Shown here one piece after another: positions 1 through 9,749 of a stretch of 64,000 nt of DNA (position 1 is the stretch's first letter; each line of letters begins with the position of its first letter). The DNA is from Coleofasciculus chthonoplastes F2-STO-03 (GTDB lineage Bacteria; Cyanobacteriota; Cyanobacteriia; Cyanobacteriales; Coleofasciculaceae), in NCBI GenBank assembly GCA_040222015.1, contig JAVJWO010000130.1:95956-159955 (forward strand), read 5' to 3'. Made by a program: the position numbers and the translations under genes. The notes under the pieces were generated by a model, which worked only from the letters and a program-made list of their open reading frames with translations, ran no database searches and was not told the DNA's origin.

Positions 1-1016
1 AGTTCCCAACGGTGAAAAATATCAATTAACTCCTGTTCTCGTCCTTTATGTGCCACAAATAGCATCCGTTCCTGGGATTCCGAGAGTAAATATTCATAGG
101 GAACCATCCCCGTTTCGCGGACAGGGATTAAATCTAAATCTAATTCAATCCCCACACCCCCCTTTGCCGCCATTTCCGAGGTGGAACAAGTAATCCCCGC
201 CGCCCCCATATCCTGTGCCGCGACAACCGCCCCAGTTTTAAAGGCTTCTAGACAAGCTTCAATCAGGCATTTTTCCAAGAAGGGGTCTCCCACTTGCACC
301 GCTGGGCGGTCATCCATAGATTTATCGGTGAGTTCGGCACTGGCAAAACTGGCACCGCCCATACCATCGCGCCCGGTAGTGGAACCCACATACAGCACCG
401 GATTGCCAATTCCTGACGCCCCAGATTTCACAATTTCTGGGGTTTCCATCAATCCCAGCGCCATCACATTTACTAGGGGGTTTCCGGTATAAGCGGGGTC
501 AAAGTACACTTCACCGCCAACCGTGGGGACACCAACGGAGTTACCATACCCCGAAATACCCGCCACAACCCCAGAAAATAAGCGCCGGGTGCGGGGATTA
601 TCCAGGGAACCGAAGCGCAGGGAATTCAAAACAGCGATGGGACGCGCCCCCATGGTAAAGATATCCCGCAGAATTCCGCCAACACCTGTGGCTGCACCTT
701 GATAGGGTTCCACAGCCGAGGGATGATTATGGGATTCAATTTTAAACGCGAGTTGGAGTCCGTCGCCTAAGTCTACCACGCCAGCATTTTCCCCCGGACC
801 CACAAGGATACGTTTTCCGGTGGTGGGGAATTGTTTGAGGAGAGGGCGGGAGTTCTTATAGCAACAATGTTCTGACCACATGACGCCGAACATCCCCAGT
901 TCAGCTTTATTGGGGTGACGCCCTAGACGTTTAACAATTTCCGCGTATTCGTCCGGTTTGAGTCCTTCATCGGCAATTTCTTCGGGGGAAAAGGGGGCAG
1001 AGGATAGAGTAGACAT
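1..1016 (-). CDS. purL: Phosphoribosylformylglycinamidine synthase subunit PurL (5' part; runs off window start)
   Basis: Minus-strand translation from ATG at 1016: [65 protein letters not shown]...ESHNHPS, the PurL signatures. Absent from the ORF track because it has no stop inside the window. Confidence 0.96.
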   Translation of the reverse strand, partial: MSTLSSAPFSPEEIADEGLKPDEYAEIVKRLGRHPNKAELGMFGVMWSEHCCYKNSRPLLKQFPTTGKRILVGPGENAGVVDLGDGLQLAFKIESHNHPSAVEPYQGAATGVGGILRDIFTMGARPIAVLNSLRFGSLDNPRTRRLFSGVVAGISGYGNSVGVPTVGGEVYFDPAYTGNPLVNVMALGLMETPEIVKSGASGIGNPVLYVGSTTGRDGMGGASFASAELTDKSMDDRPAVQVGDPFLEKCLIEACLEAFKTGAVVAAQDMGAAGITCSTSEMAAKGGVGIELDLDLIPVRETGMVPYEYLLSESQERMLFVAHKGREQELIDIFHRWE

Positions 1017-1092
1017 GGAACCCTTGTACAAATGGCACAGGGATAATTGTATCGGGTAATGGGGTCTGGCTAGTAATTCTGAATCAGAGACT

Positions 1093-1162
1093 GTAGGGGC
1101 GGGTTTGACTGCTATCCTTTCTTGGTCAACCCGTAGGGTGTGTTAGCGAAGCGTAACGCACC
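1093..1162. repeat. Nested GTAG-type palindromic repeats
   Basis: GTAGGGGCGGGTTT... followed by GTAGGGTGTGTTAGCGAAGCGTAACGCACC hairpin. The GTAGGGGCGGGTTT/AAACCCGCCC family recurs at ~29329, 31405, 33423, 48617, 50113, 50191 and 53863. Confidence 0.8.
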
Positions 1163-1831
1163 TTTGTGTGTCTTCGACTATTGTAGCTGTGCCACGCCTG
1201 TAGTAAGGGAACCTTAACCCTATATTGTTGGGTTTCCTGTCATCAACCCAACCTACAACTTTCATTTGCTACCTTGCTAGTTTGATAGCTTAAGAAAAGC
1301 CCTAGTGTGATCAGGGAAAGCGATCGCCTTGGGCATCAGTTATTACCCAATGTGCAAGAAACCAGAGTATCTCTCCTTATTAATGGTCTCTTCATCAAAG
1401 CTTTAAACTCATCTTCTCTGAAAGGGAGTATTTTTACTTATAGAGCTGGTTAATTGCCTACATAAGTAAACTTAATTACTGAAGGCTAAGACAATATGGT
1501 TAGCATCTGCAAAAAAATTGCTCTCACCCTTAGTTTTACCCATCTCCAGCTTCGCTCCGGACTCCACTCAGCATGACAAATTATACCTTAGACTGCAACT
1601 TGGTATCAGTTCCCCTGGTTTTCTCTGTTGGGTTTCACTCCGTTCAACCCAACCTACAAATGTAACATTCCGAATAACAGCGATGTGTTGGTCGCCATGA
1701 AGCTTTATCATCAAATTTTCGGCAGATGCAAGCTGTTCAGTTAGGACTTTATCGAAAAGAAGAATGATTTTAGTTAGGATTGATGATTGATGGTTGACGG
1801 TGGCTAAGTCACTGAAATTTCTCAAAGCACG

Positions 1832-2116
1832 TTAACAAACACAAGCGTCGGCTTTTAAAGGCTGGTGAGAGGCTAATGAACGAGGAATTAAGCCAGCAAA
1901 GGATAATTCACCTTGTTCTTTACTCTGAGAAGTTTGAGGATTGTTTTTGGCAAGAATAAAATCGAGGATTGACTGTGCTTGTTGGGGATCAGTCAAGTAA
2001 TAAATCGCCTGAGATTTAGGCGATAGCCAAATTTGTAGCTTCCAGGGCTTAGATGGAGACGCAGAATTGGGTTCGAGTGAAAAGGTAATCATTATCGGCT
2101 GGCGTCCTGATTTCAA
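1832..2116 (-). CDS. Hypothetical protein (uncertain)
   Basis: ORF track only; one of three short tandem minus-strand ORFs (1568-2366) with no recognised motif. Confidence 0.3.
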   Translation of the reverse strand: MKSGRQPIMITFSLEPNSASPSKPWKLQIWLSPKSQAIYYLTDPQQAQSILDFILAKNNPQTSQSKEQGELSFAGLIPRSLASHQPLKADACVC

Positions 2117-2554
2117 GTAATTAAAAAGATGGAGAACCTAAAGCTTGAGAGAGAAATGCTTTTTTGATTCCCACTTATAACTGTACCGATTTTTTCCACT
2201 CTTTATAGAGTGTTAAATCATCCGGAGTTTTGATTTTAATCCGCCCTAGAGGTGAGCCGCGTAATATAAATTTGATGAAATAGATCAACTTAATAAAGTG
2301 ATTGCAGTCACAAGTATGGTGGCGGAAAATCATTTTTTTCCCGGAGAAAAACTGCTGCTCTGCCATGATTAGTTAGGTATCATTAGTCATACTCGCTCTT
2401 CCTCAAGTCGGGATGTTTACATTCATAAAATGTAGTTTTTGTCAAGACTCAGTAATGAATGGCTGGTCTAAGACATACCCGAATCCGGATGTTCTGCTCA
2501 GAAGTGCCAAAATTATTACAATAAATTAAGCAAGTAGGATTAGAGCTTAAACTT

Positions 2555-3433
2555 ATGGTGAATCGCAAAGACACGCTTTGGGAGCAATTCTTACAACCCA
2601 TTGTTGGCGTATTCATCGACGGGGAGCAATTGCGCCAGCTTTATGAGAGCATTGACTGGGAACAAGAGAGCGATCGCGTCTCAACGCCTGACTTAGTTTA
2701 CCCTGATTACTACAAGAGTCAGAACTTCCATGGTATTGAAGGGGGTTACTTGAATGGCAGTGCAGCAACCAGTTATGATCCGATTACCCAATACGCTTTA
2801 CCTCCCAACGAAACCTGGGTACGCCAGGAGTTAATCAATCGCATCCAGGGAACACCGCGACGGATTCTGGATTTAGGCTGCGGTACGGGTTCAACTACCC
2901 TACTGTTAAAACAGGCGTTTCCTCAAGCCGAGGTAATCGGTTTGGATTTATCCCCTTATATGTTAGTCATGGCAGAGCGCAAAGCGAAAGCCGCCGGGGT
3001 AGACATTCAATGGCGTCATGGTAAAGCGGAAGAGACGGGCTTACCAGAGGCATCTTTTGACCTGGTAACCGCCTCGCTATTATTCCACGAAACCCCCCCA
3101 GCCGTGGCAAAGTCAATTTTGCGGGAAAGTTTTCGACTCCTCAAAGGAGGTGGACAAGTTCTGATCTTAGATGGTAATCAGCGAACCTTGCGTCAAGTAA
3201 ACTGGTTAACAGAGGTGTTTGAAGAACCCTATATCAAAGCTTACGCCACCGATAGCGTAGACGCCTGGATGGGTTCGGCTGGGTTTGAAGCGGTGCAGAC
3301 TCAAGACGTGTGGTGGCTGAATCAAGTTACCCAAGGAATGAAACCGCTTCCGGTAGACGAACAAGTGTACCAACGGACTCAACGCCGTACAATCGACGAC
3401 TTCGGTTCCTCAGGTATTCCAGCTCCAGCATAG
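2555..3433 (+). CDS. Class I SAM-dependent methyltransferase (UbiE/Methyltransf_11-like)
   Basis: ILDLGCGTG motif I, GLDLSPYML, FDLVTASLLFHE. Confidence 0.9.
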   Translation: MVNRKDTLWEQFLQPIVGVFIDGEQLRQLYESIDWEQESDRVSTPDLVYPDYYKSQNFHGIEGGYLNGSAATSYDPITQYALPPNETWVRQELINRIQGTPRRILDLGCGTGSTTLLLKQAFPQAEVIGLDLSPYMLVMAERKAKAAGVDIQWRHGKAEETGLPEASFDLVTASLLFHETPPAVAKSILRESFRLLKGGGQVLILDGNQRTLRQVNWLTEVFEEPYIKAYATDSVDAWMGSAGFEAVQTQDVWWLNQVTQGMKPLPVDEQVYQRTQRRTIDDFGSSGIPAPA

Positions 3434-3446
3434 TAACGAATTGAAT

Positions 3447-4154
3447 ATGAGTTTAAAGGCAGTTCTGTTTGATTTCAACGGCGTGATTATCAACGATGAG
3501 TCGATTCATCAGCAACTCATCGAAGACATTCTGCTGGGCGAAAATCTGCGTCCCTCGGCGTCGGATTACTGGGAGGATTGTTTGGGGCGTAGCGATCGCG
3601 CTTGCTTAAAAGTATTATTGGAGAAACGAGGTCGGGTGGTGAGTGATGACGACTTAACCCGTTTAATCTCCCGAAAAGCCGACGCCTACCGCCGTCAACT
3701 GGAATCTCTATCTGAATTACCCATATATCCGGGAGTCGAAGATTTAATTTACAAAATCCGCGTGGCTCAATTACCCATGGGAGTGGTGAGTGGTGCTTTG
3801 CGACAGGAAGTTGAGTTAGTCTTGGATCGGGCTAACCTATTGCAATATTTTCCGGTTATTGTGGCAGGTGATGACATCAAGGTGAGTAAACCGGAACCGG
3901 ATGGCTATCTGTTAGCGGTGGAACGCCTCAATCAGCAGTTTCCAGAACTTAATGCCAAATCCTCAGATTGTCTCGCTATAGAAGATACACCGGCGGGTAT
4001 TGAAGCCGCCAAACGAGCCGGGATGCAAGTCGTCGGCGTTGCTAATACCTATCCCTTCCACATGCTTCAGCGTCAAGCCGATTGGACGGTTGATTATCTG
4101 CATCAGCTTGAACTTGAACGAGTGCAGGAAGTTTATGCTCAAGTTGTGGGTTAG
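3447..4154 (+). CDS. HAD-family phosphatase (CbbY/Gph-like)
   Basis: FDFNGVI motif I variant, SKPEPDGY, IEDTPAGIEAAKRAGM. Confidence 0.9.
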   Translation: MSLKAVLFDFNGVIINDESIHQQLIEDILLGENLRPSASDYWEDCLGRSDRACLKVLLEKRGRVVSDDDLTRLISRKADAYRRQLESLSELPIYPGVEDLIYKIRVAQLPMGVVSGALRQEVELVLDRANLLQYFPVIVAGDDIKVSKPEPDGYLLAVERLNQQFPELNAKSSDCLAIEDTPAGIEAAKRAGMQVVGVANTYPFHMLQRQADWTVDYLHQLELERVQEVYAQVVG

Positions 4155-4219
4155 TAACCATGAGCCATGAATCATGAACTATAAACCAATACCCGCAAGT
4201 GTTACAATAAACCTAGTCC

Positions 4220-4292
4220 GGGGAATTAGCTCAGTTGGTAGAGCGCTGCGATCGCACCGCAGAGGTCACCGGTTCAAATCCGGTATTCTCCA
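4220..4292 (+). tRNA. tRNA-Ala (anticodon CGC)
   Basis: GGGGAATTAGCTCAGTTGGTAGAGCG...CTGCG-ATCGCAC-CGCAG...GGTTCAAATCC...ATTCTCCA; the cloverleaf folds and a G3:U70 pair is present. Confidence 0.96.
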
Positions 4293-4322
4293 TTTGTGTC
4301 GATTGCCACATTATTTGTCATT

Positions 4323-4428
4323 TATAGCAATAGACACATCGATTAGGACGTTCGGCACCATTGTAGAGACGCGCCATGGCGCGTCTCTACATAAATGATG
4401 TGTCCTAACAGCCATGGCGGTTGCTATA
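4323..4428. mobile_element. 106-bp MITE-like element, copy 1 (TATAGC...GCTATA ends)
   Basis: Imperfect terminal inverted repeats with TA ends and internal TTAGGAC/GTCCTAA; carries the GTAGAGACGCGCCATGGCGCGTCTCTAC palindrome. Identical copy at 20491-20596. Confidence 0.85.
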
Positions 4429-4600
4429 AATCCTTCACGCAAAACTTCAGTGAAAGTTGTAGGGGCGTTGGTTGCCCGATCAAAAGCCGATACCGTCGGA
4501 GTAAAATACTCAATGGAAGAGTTGCAGCTCGGTGGCGATGATGGTCGTTTGCATCCCAATCGGCGAGAATTGAAATCCTGAGTGATTTAGCGTTAGAGCT

Positions 4601-7600
4601 ATGAATGCAGTCGAAATCGAAGAAGCCGTTTCCCAACTCGCTGAAGCTCCCTTTGACCCAGAGGAGTTTCCTTTTGCCTTCCTTGAAGCGTTTGGAAATA
4701 AGAAAACGACGATTAAACGGCTCAAGAGTCAGCGCAACAGTACCAACAAATCTGATCTGGATGGGGTTCTCCAGCGCAACAATATCCACATTAAGGTTTG
4801 CCTAGAAGGGGAAGTCACCGATACCCTCACGGCTTTGCGGGAGAGTCCAGCGACTGCTAAACAAAAGGCAAAGTTTATCTTAGCGACAGATGGCAAAAGC
4901 CTGGAAGCGGAAAATTTAGCTGATGGAGAAACTATTGTCTGTGACTATCCTGAGTTTCATAACCATTTTGGTTTCTTTTTACCGTTGGCGGGGATTACGA
5001 CGGTTAAGCAAATTCGGGAAAATGCCTTTGATATTAAGGCGACAGGGCGACTCAATAAACTCTACGTCGAACTGCTCAATGAAAACCCCGACTGGGACAG
5101 CGCAGAACGTCGGGAGGAACTCAACCATTTGATGGCTCGGCTGATTTTCTGCTTTTTCGCCGAAGATACGAATATTTTTTACAGTAATAATTTATTCACC
5201 GATACCATCGCGCAGATGAGTGCGGGGGATTCGTCGAATACCCATGAGGTGCTAGAGGAGCTATTTCGGGCAATGGCAACCCCGCTCAAGCAACGGGAAA
5301 AGGCAGGAATCCGCAACTGGGCGAATGGCTTTCCCTATGTGAATGGGGGGCTGTTTAGTCCTCACCCCCTAACCCCTTCTCCTCTCTCCCCATCTGGGAG
5401 AGGGGCTGGGGGTGAGGGTAATAGTTTAGGAAAATACCCCCATCCCCTAGCCCCTTCCCCCAAGCAGAGGGAAGGGGGACAAGAGACTATGAGTGAGGGC
5501 AAATACTGGGAGATTCCCCCTGCACTCAAGAAAAAAATGACCGAAGTTGCTCGTCAGTTCCGCAAGGAACCTACTCCTAGTGAAAAGATCCTCTGGCAAG
5601 CTCTGCGGGGACGCAAACTAGAAGGACGAAAATTTCGACGACAACAGCCTATTGGCGCATTTATTGTTGATTTCTTTTGTGGAGCAGAACGGCTAATTGT
5701 GGAGGTGGATGGAGGTATCCATCAATCACAGCAAGAGGCGGACCAACAGCGTCAGGAGTTGTTGGAGTCGTTAGGACTCAAGGTTGTTCGGGTTTCGAGT
5801 GAGTTGGTGGAGACGAATTTAGCTGAGGCTTTGGCAGTCGTGCGTCAGGGGTTTAGCCCCCATCCCCTAACCCCTTCCCCCAAGCAGGGGGAAGGGGGAC
5901 AAGAAACTCCGACTCCCCTCTCCCCATCTGGGAGAGGGGCTGGGGGTGAGGGTCTTATCGTGCCACGTTTTAGCCGGATTGCTCGATCTTACTTGCTTCA
6001 TGTAGGCAATCTCGACTGGACGAAGATCAACCCGGATATTTTCGGCTCGATGATTCAGGCGGTGGCAGATGAAGACGAGCGCGGGGCGTTGGGGATGCAC
6101 TATACCAGTGTGCCGAATATCCTCAAGGTGCTGAATCCGTTGTTTTTGGATGATTTGCGCGAGCAACTGGCAGCAGCCGGGGATAATGGGCGTAAGTTGC
6201 TGAATCTGCGGAAACGGCTGGCACGGATTCGGGTGTTTGACCCCGCTTGTGGGTCGGGTAATTTTTTGGTGATTGCCTATAAGGAAATGCGGGCAATTGA
6301 GGCGGAGATTAACCAGCGCCGGGGGGAGGCGGATCGGGCTTCGGAGATTCCCTTGACGAATTTTCGGGGAATTGAGATTCGGCATTTTTCCTGTGAGATT
6401 GCGCGGTTGGCGTTGATTATTGCCGAGTATCAGTGTGATGTGTTGTATCGGGGGCAACGGTTGGCGTTGGCGGAGTTTTTGCCCTTGAAGGCGGAGAATT
6501 GGATCACCTGTGGAAATGCGTTGCGGTTGGATTGGTTGAGTTTGTGTCCGCCGACGGATAAGGGGGTGAGGGTGCAACGGGAGGATTTGGATTTGTGGCA
6601 GGAAACGCGGGATGAGGCAGAGATTGAGTTTGAGAATGAGGGGGGAGAAACTTATATTTGTGGGAATCCGCCTTACTTGGGTTCAACGTGGCAATCGAAG
6701 GAACAAAAAGCAGAAATCAGAGACGTAGTAAATAATAGGACTAAATCACCTGGTTTTTTAGATTATGTTTCCGGTTGGTTTATCAAAGCAGCAGACTGGT
6801 TGCAGCATTCTGAGGGTCGCGCTGCATTTGTGTCTACTAATTCAATCTGTCAAGGGCAAATGGTGCCTTTACTCTGGCAAATCATTTGGAATGCCGATTG
6901 CGAAATCTTATTTGCCCATACTTCATTCAAATGGTCAAACCTTGCAAGTCATAATGCCGGGGTTACTGTCGCTATCGTTTGTATAGGTCGTACATCAAAC
7001 GATCAAAAGGCTTTATTTGAAATAGATCAGTATGGAAAAACATCTGTAAGACTAGGTTCAGCAATTAATCCTTATTTGACATTTGGTAACTTCGTTATCG
7101 TCAAGAAGACTACTAAACCAATCTCTAAACGTGCAGTTATGGAATTTGGAAATAAACCAAGTGACGGAGGAAATCTTCTCGTCTCGCGAGAAGAGATAAA
7201 CAATCTGGGTTTAAGCACCGAGCAGAAGAGACGATTCCTAAGAACTATCGTCGGCTCTGGCGATTTCATTAATGGGAATTCTAGATACTGTATTTGGATT
7301 GAGGATTCGCATTTAGAAGAAGCACTTTCCATTGAACCTATTGCTAGACGAGTTGAATTAGTTAGGAAGATACGGTTAGCTAGTCGAGATAAAGGAGCAA
7401 ATGCTCTTGCACAAAGGGCGCATCAATTAAAGTTGATGAGGATAGGGAAGCAAAGTAGTATCGTAGTTCCAGCAGTTTCATCTGAGCGCAGGAACTACTT
7501 ACCCGCAGGTCTGATTGATAGAAATACGACAATTACAAATGCTGCCTTCGCTCTCTACGATGCTCCACTTTGGAACATGGCAATCATCGCCTCCCGCCTT

Positions 7601-7957
7601 CACCTCGTCTGGATTGCCACCGTCTGCGGTAAACTTGAAACCCGATATCGCTACTCCAACACCCTTGGCTGGAACACCTTCCCCGTCCCCACCCTCACCG
7701 AACAAAACAAAACCGACCTCACCTGTTGTGCTGAAGACATCCTCCTGGCGCGGGAACAGTATTTCCCTGCTACCATTGCCGATATGTACGACCCAGAGCG
7801 CATGGACAAAGAGTTTCCCCTAGTGCGAGAAGCCCATGAACGCAATGATGAAGTGCTAGAGCGCATTTACATCGGTCGTCGCTTCAAAAACGATACCGAA
7901 CGCTTAGAGAAACTGTTTGAGCTTTATACGAAAATGACCGCGCCGAAATCTTCCTAA
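4601..7957 (+). CDS. YeeA/MmeI-family N6-adenine DNA methyltransferase with in-frame DUF559 insertion
   Basis: Motif I VFDPACGSGNFL, motif IV GNPPY, GMHYTS, C-terminal TRD and RFKNDTERLEKLFELY typical of YeeA/MmeI-like proteins. Confidence 0.9.
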   Translation: MNAVEIEEAVSQLAEAPFDPEEFPFAFLEAFGNKKTTIKRLKSQRNSTNKSDLDGVLQRNNIHIKVCLEGEVTDTLTALRESPATAKQKAKFILATDGKSLEAENLADGETIVCDYPEFHNHFGFFLPLAGITTVKQIRENAFDIKATGRLNKLYVELLNENPDWDSAERREELNHLMARLIFCFFAEDTNIFYSNNLFTDTIAQMSAGDSSNTHEVLEELFRAMATPLKQREKAGIRNWANGFPYVNGGLFSPHPLTPSPLSPSGRGAGGEGNSLGKYPHPLAPSPKQREGGQETMSEGKYWEIPPALKKKMTEVARQFRKEPTPSEKILWQALRGRKLEGRKFRRQQPIGAFIVDFFCGAERLIVEVDGGIHQSQQEADQQRQELLESLGLKVVRVSSELVETNLAEALAVVRQGFSPHPLTPSPKQGEGGQETPTPLSPSGRGAGGEGLIVPRFSRIARSYLLHVGNLDWTKINPDIFGSMIQAVADEDERGALGMHYTSVPNILKVLNPLFLDDLREQLAAAGDNGRKLLNLRKRLARIRVFDPACGSGNFLVIAYKEMRAIEAEINQRRGEADRASEIPLTNFRGIEIRHFSCEIARLALIIAEYQCDVLYRGQRLALAEFLPLKAENWITCGNALRLDWLSLCPPTDKGVRVQREDLDLWQETRDEAEIEFENEGGETYICGNPPYLGSTWQSKEQKAEIRDVVNNRTKSPGFLDYVSGWFIKAADWLQHSEGRAAFVSTNSICQGQMVPLLWQIIWNADCEILFAHTSFKWSNLASHNAGVTVAIVCIGRTSNDQKALFEIDQYGKTSVRLGSAINPYLTFGNFVIVKKTTKPISKRAVMEFGNKPSDGGNLLVSREEINNLGLSTEQKRRFLRTIVGSGDFINGNSRYCIWIEDSHLEEALSIEPIARRVELVRKIRLASRDKGANALAQRAHQLKLMRIGKQSSIVVPAVSSERRNYLPAGLIDRNTTITNAAFALYDAPLWNMAIIASRLHLVWIATVCGKLETRYRYSNTLGWNTFPVPTLTEQNKTDLTCCAEDILLAREQYFPATIADMYDPERMDKEFPLVREAHERNDEVLERIYIGRRFKNDTERLEKLFELYTKMTAPKSS
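5360..5953 (+). mobile_element. In-frame cassette: DUF559 (Vsr-like) endonuclease flanked by GC-rich palindromic repeats
   Basis: ARQFRKEPTPSEKILWQALR...KFRRQQPIGAFIVDFFC...LIVEVDGGIH is DUF559. Both sides carry CCTCACCCC...GGGGTGAGGG palindromes, translated as PHPLTPSP...GRGAGGEG. Internal ATG at 5489. Confidence 0.85.
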
Positions 7958-7968
7958 ACGTAGTATTC

Positions 7969-8075
7969 GCCCTCATCCCCCAGCCCCTTCTCCCAATCTG
8001 GGAGAAGGGGAGCAAGAAGGAGAATCTGTTTCAAAGTCCCTCTCCTGTTTTGGGAGAGGGATTTAGGGTGAGGGC
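7969..8075. repeat. Free-standing copy of the CCCTCA..TGAGGG composite palindromic repeat
   Basis: GCCCTCATCCCCCAGCCCCTTCTCCCAATCTGGGAGAAGGGG...CCCTCTCC...GGGAGAGGGATTTAGGGTGAGGGC; same architecture as the repeats flanking DUF559. Confidence 0.85.
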
Positions 8076-8077
8076 AA

Positions 8078-8644
8078 TCAGAAAGCAATGTCTTCGTACA
8101 GGTTAGTCAACTCGGCTTCAAACTCAAGGCTAGTCAGGTGAAAAGTGTTGTGACTGGGGGCATAGAATTGAAATAACCACAGCCCTTCCTCGGTACGACG
8201 GTAACAGTCTACCCGTTGCTGTCTGGTACTAATCAAGACATATTCTTGCAGACTGTCGAGGGTTTGATAGTCGATGAATTTATCCCCTCGGTCAAAGGCT
8301 TCGGTGGAGTCAGAGAGGACTTCAATGATTAGTTTGGGATAACGCTTATAGGTAGTAGTTTCTGCGTCGCGGGGGTCACAAGTCACCATCAAATCAGGAT
8401 AGTAGTAACAGTTGCACTCTTCAAGTCTGGCTTTGACATCGGCAAAATAGACGCGACAGTCTGACCCCCGTAAATGGCTACGAATCAGCGTAACAAGGTT
8501 GATAGCAATAGTATTATGAGCATCGGTTGTCCCCGCCATAGCATAGGCTTCACCATTGCGATATTCGTGTTTGGTGTCGCTGGTGGCTTCGAGTTGGAGG
8601 TATTCGTCAGGAGAGAGGTAATAATTGTCTGGGGTAGCAATCAT
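8078..8644 (-). CDS. Uma2-family (DUF820) endonuclease
   Basis: YYYPDLMVTCD, LIIEVLSDSTEAFDRGDKF, LQEYVLI. Confidence 0.92.
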   Translation of the reverse strand: MIATPDNYYLSPDEYLQLEATSDTKHEYRNGEAYAMAGTTDAHNTIAINLVTLIRSHLRGSDCRVYFADVKARLEECNCYYYPDLMVTCDPRDAETTTYKRYPKLIIEVLSDSTEAFDRGDKFIDYQTLDSLQEYVLISTRQQRVDCYRRTEEGLWLFQFYAPSHNTFHLTSLEFEAELTNLYEDIAF

Positions 8645-8808
8645 GGATGAGGAAGGGGCGAATTGGGTACAGTCCTGTTTTTAATTTAGTTCAAAAAGCG
8701 CAATGCATTCAGCAGGCTACGCCTACGCGCCTCCAACAGCAAGTCAAGCCCAATTTCAATCAGGGCAAATGATAAAATTAAACCAGTTTCTTCGCGTTAA
8801 ACTAGCCA

Positions 8809-9048
8809 ATGCTAACCCTAGACCAACTCATTGCCGAAGCCACTGCCCTCCCTGATGCTGACAAAGCAATCCTGATTGATAAACTGACAGCAAGCATGGA
8901 CGAACAACGCACTGCTTCAAAAACCGCAAGCATTCCTCCCGGTACTCTCACCCAACTTCGAGGTATCGCTAAACGTTCTAGAAAAACCCCCAGCGATAAA
9001 GAACTGCAAGCAGAGTACACCGATTATTTAGTTCAAAAATATCAGTAA
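8809..9048 (+). CDS. Small hypothetical protein, antitoxin-like
   Basis: 79 aa, ending PSDKELQAEYTDYLVQKYQ, in a TA neighbourhood; the 5' 160 bp are duplicated at 14490-14649. Confidence 0.65.
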   Translation: MLTLDQLIAEATALPDADKAILIDKLTASMDEQRTASKTASIPPGTLTQLRGIAKRSRKTPSDKELQAEYTDYLVQKYQ

Positions 9049-9056
9049 CCTTTCTC

Positions 9057-9374
9057 GTGAAAATTCTCATTGATACCATTGCCGAATTCTGTCGCAAATG
9101 GAACGTTATCGAATTTGCGCTATTTGGCTCTGTTTTGCGTGATGATTTTCGCCCAGACAGCGACATCGACGTTATGGTGAAATTTCACCCTGACGCTCAT
9201 CCCAAATTCAGCACCCTAGACCAAATGGAAGGGGAACTGAGGACAATCTTTGACCGGGATGTGGATTTAGTGACTCGCCCTGGGGTTGAAGCCAGTCGTA
9301 ATTATTTACGTCGTAATACCATCCTCTCCTCTGCTCAGGTGATTTATGCAACGAAATCTCCAATTTCTGCTTGA
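9057..9374 (+). CDS. Minimal nucleotidyltransferase (MNT antitoxin)
   Basis: ALFGSVLRDDFRPDSDIDVMV = GS...DxD nucleotidyltransferase motif. Confidence 0.9.
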   Translation: MKILIDTIAEFCRKWNVIEFALFGSVLRDDFRPDSDIDVMVKFHPDAHPKFSTLDQMEGELRTIFDRDVDLVTRPGVEASRNYLRRNTILSSAQVIYATKSPISA

Positions 9375-9419
9375 TATGCTGCAATCGGCGGAGTTGATCG
9401 AAATCTATATCGCCCAATG
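9346..9419 (+). pseudogene. HEPN/DUF86 toxin N-terminal stub
   Basis: MQRNLQFLLDMLQSAELIEIYIAQ resembles a DUF86 N-terminus overlapping the MNT stop; similarity ends where the DUF4258 ATG begins. Confidence 0.65.
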
Positions 9420-9749
9420 GCTACGCTACTTACAGAAATACGTCAGAAATTTGCTGAGGAACGGTTTGAATTTTCCAAACACGCTGTCGATCAATCCATC
9501 TTACGAAAAATTCGAGTTCAAGAAATCAGAGAAGTGATTGCCAATGGTCAAATTATTGAGGACTACCCAGAAGATAAATACGGTCCTAGTTGTTTAATTT
9601 TAGGTTTGACAGCGATGAAACGTCCGCTTCACATTCAGTGCAGTTATCCTACCCGTTCACTGGTCAAAATTATTACACTATACGAACCCAACCCCCAAAA
9701 ATGGAATAACAACTTTACGCAAAGGAGACTAAATAGCGATGACGCCTAA
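9417..9749 (+). CDS. DUF4258 domain protein (putative RelE-like toxin)
   Basis: FSKHAVDQ...IIEDYPEDKYGPSCLILG...RPLHIQCS...IITLYEP. Confidence 0.88.
   Translation: MATLLTEIRQKFAEERFEFSKHAVDQSILRKIRVQEIREVIANGQIIEDYPEDKYGPSCLILGLTAMKRPLHIQCSYPTRSLVKIITLYEPNPQKWNNNFTQRRLNSDDA

Noticed and set aside
181..492. Plus-strand 103-aa ORF
   Set aside because: Antisense shadow of purL.
4248..4255. HIP1 site in the tRNA-Ala anticodon arm as a special feature
   Set aside because: It follows from the normal tRNA-Ala(CGC) sequence; no evidence of a separate function.
4174..4559. ORFs 4174-4398 and 4311-4559
   Set aside because: They are translations of the tRNA and MITE; the same peptide reappears at 19960-20616 because of the second MITE copy.
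5360..5953. Intein or self-splicing intron in the MTase
   Set aside because: No Cys/Ser-start block A, no HN-C/S/T end, and no group I/II intron terminal motifs.
5867..6577. 236-aa minus-strand ORF (and similar ones at 10855-11457, 48636-49100, 54835-55245)
   Set aside because: Antisense to well-supported genes, with no motifs.
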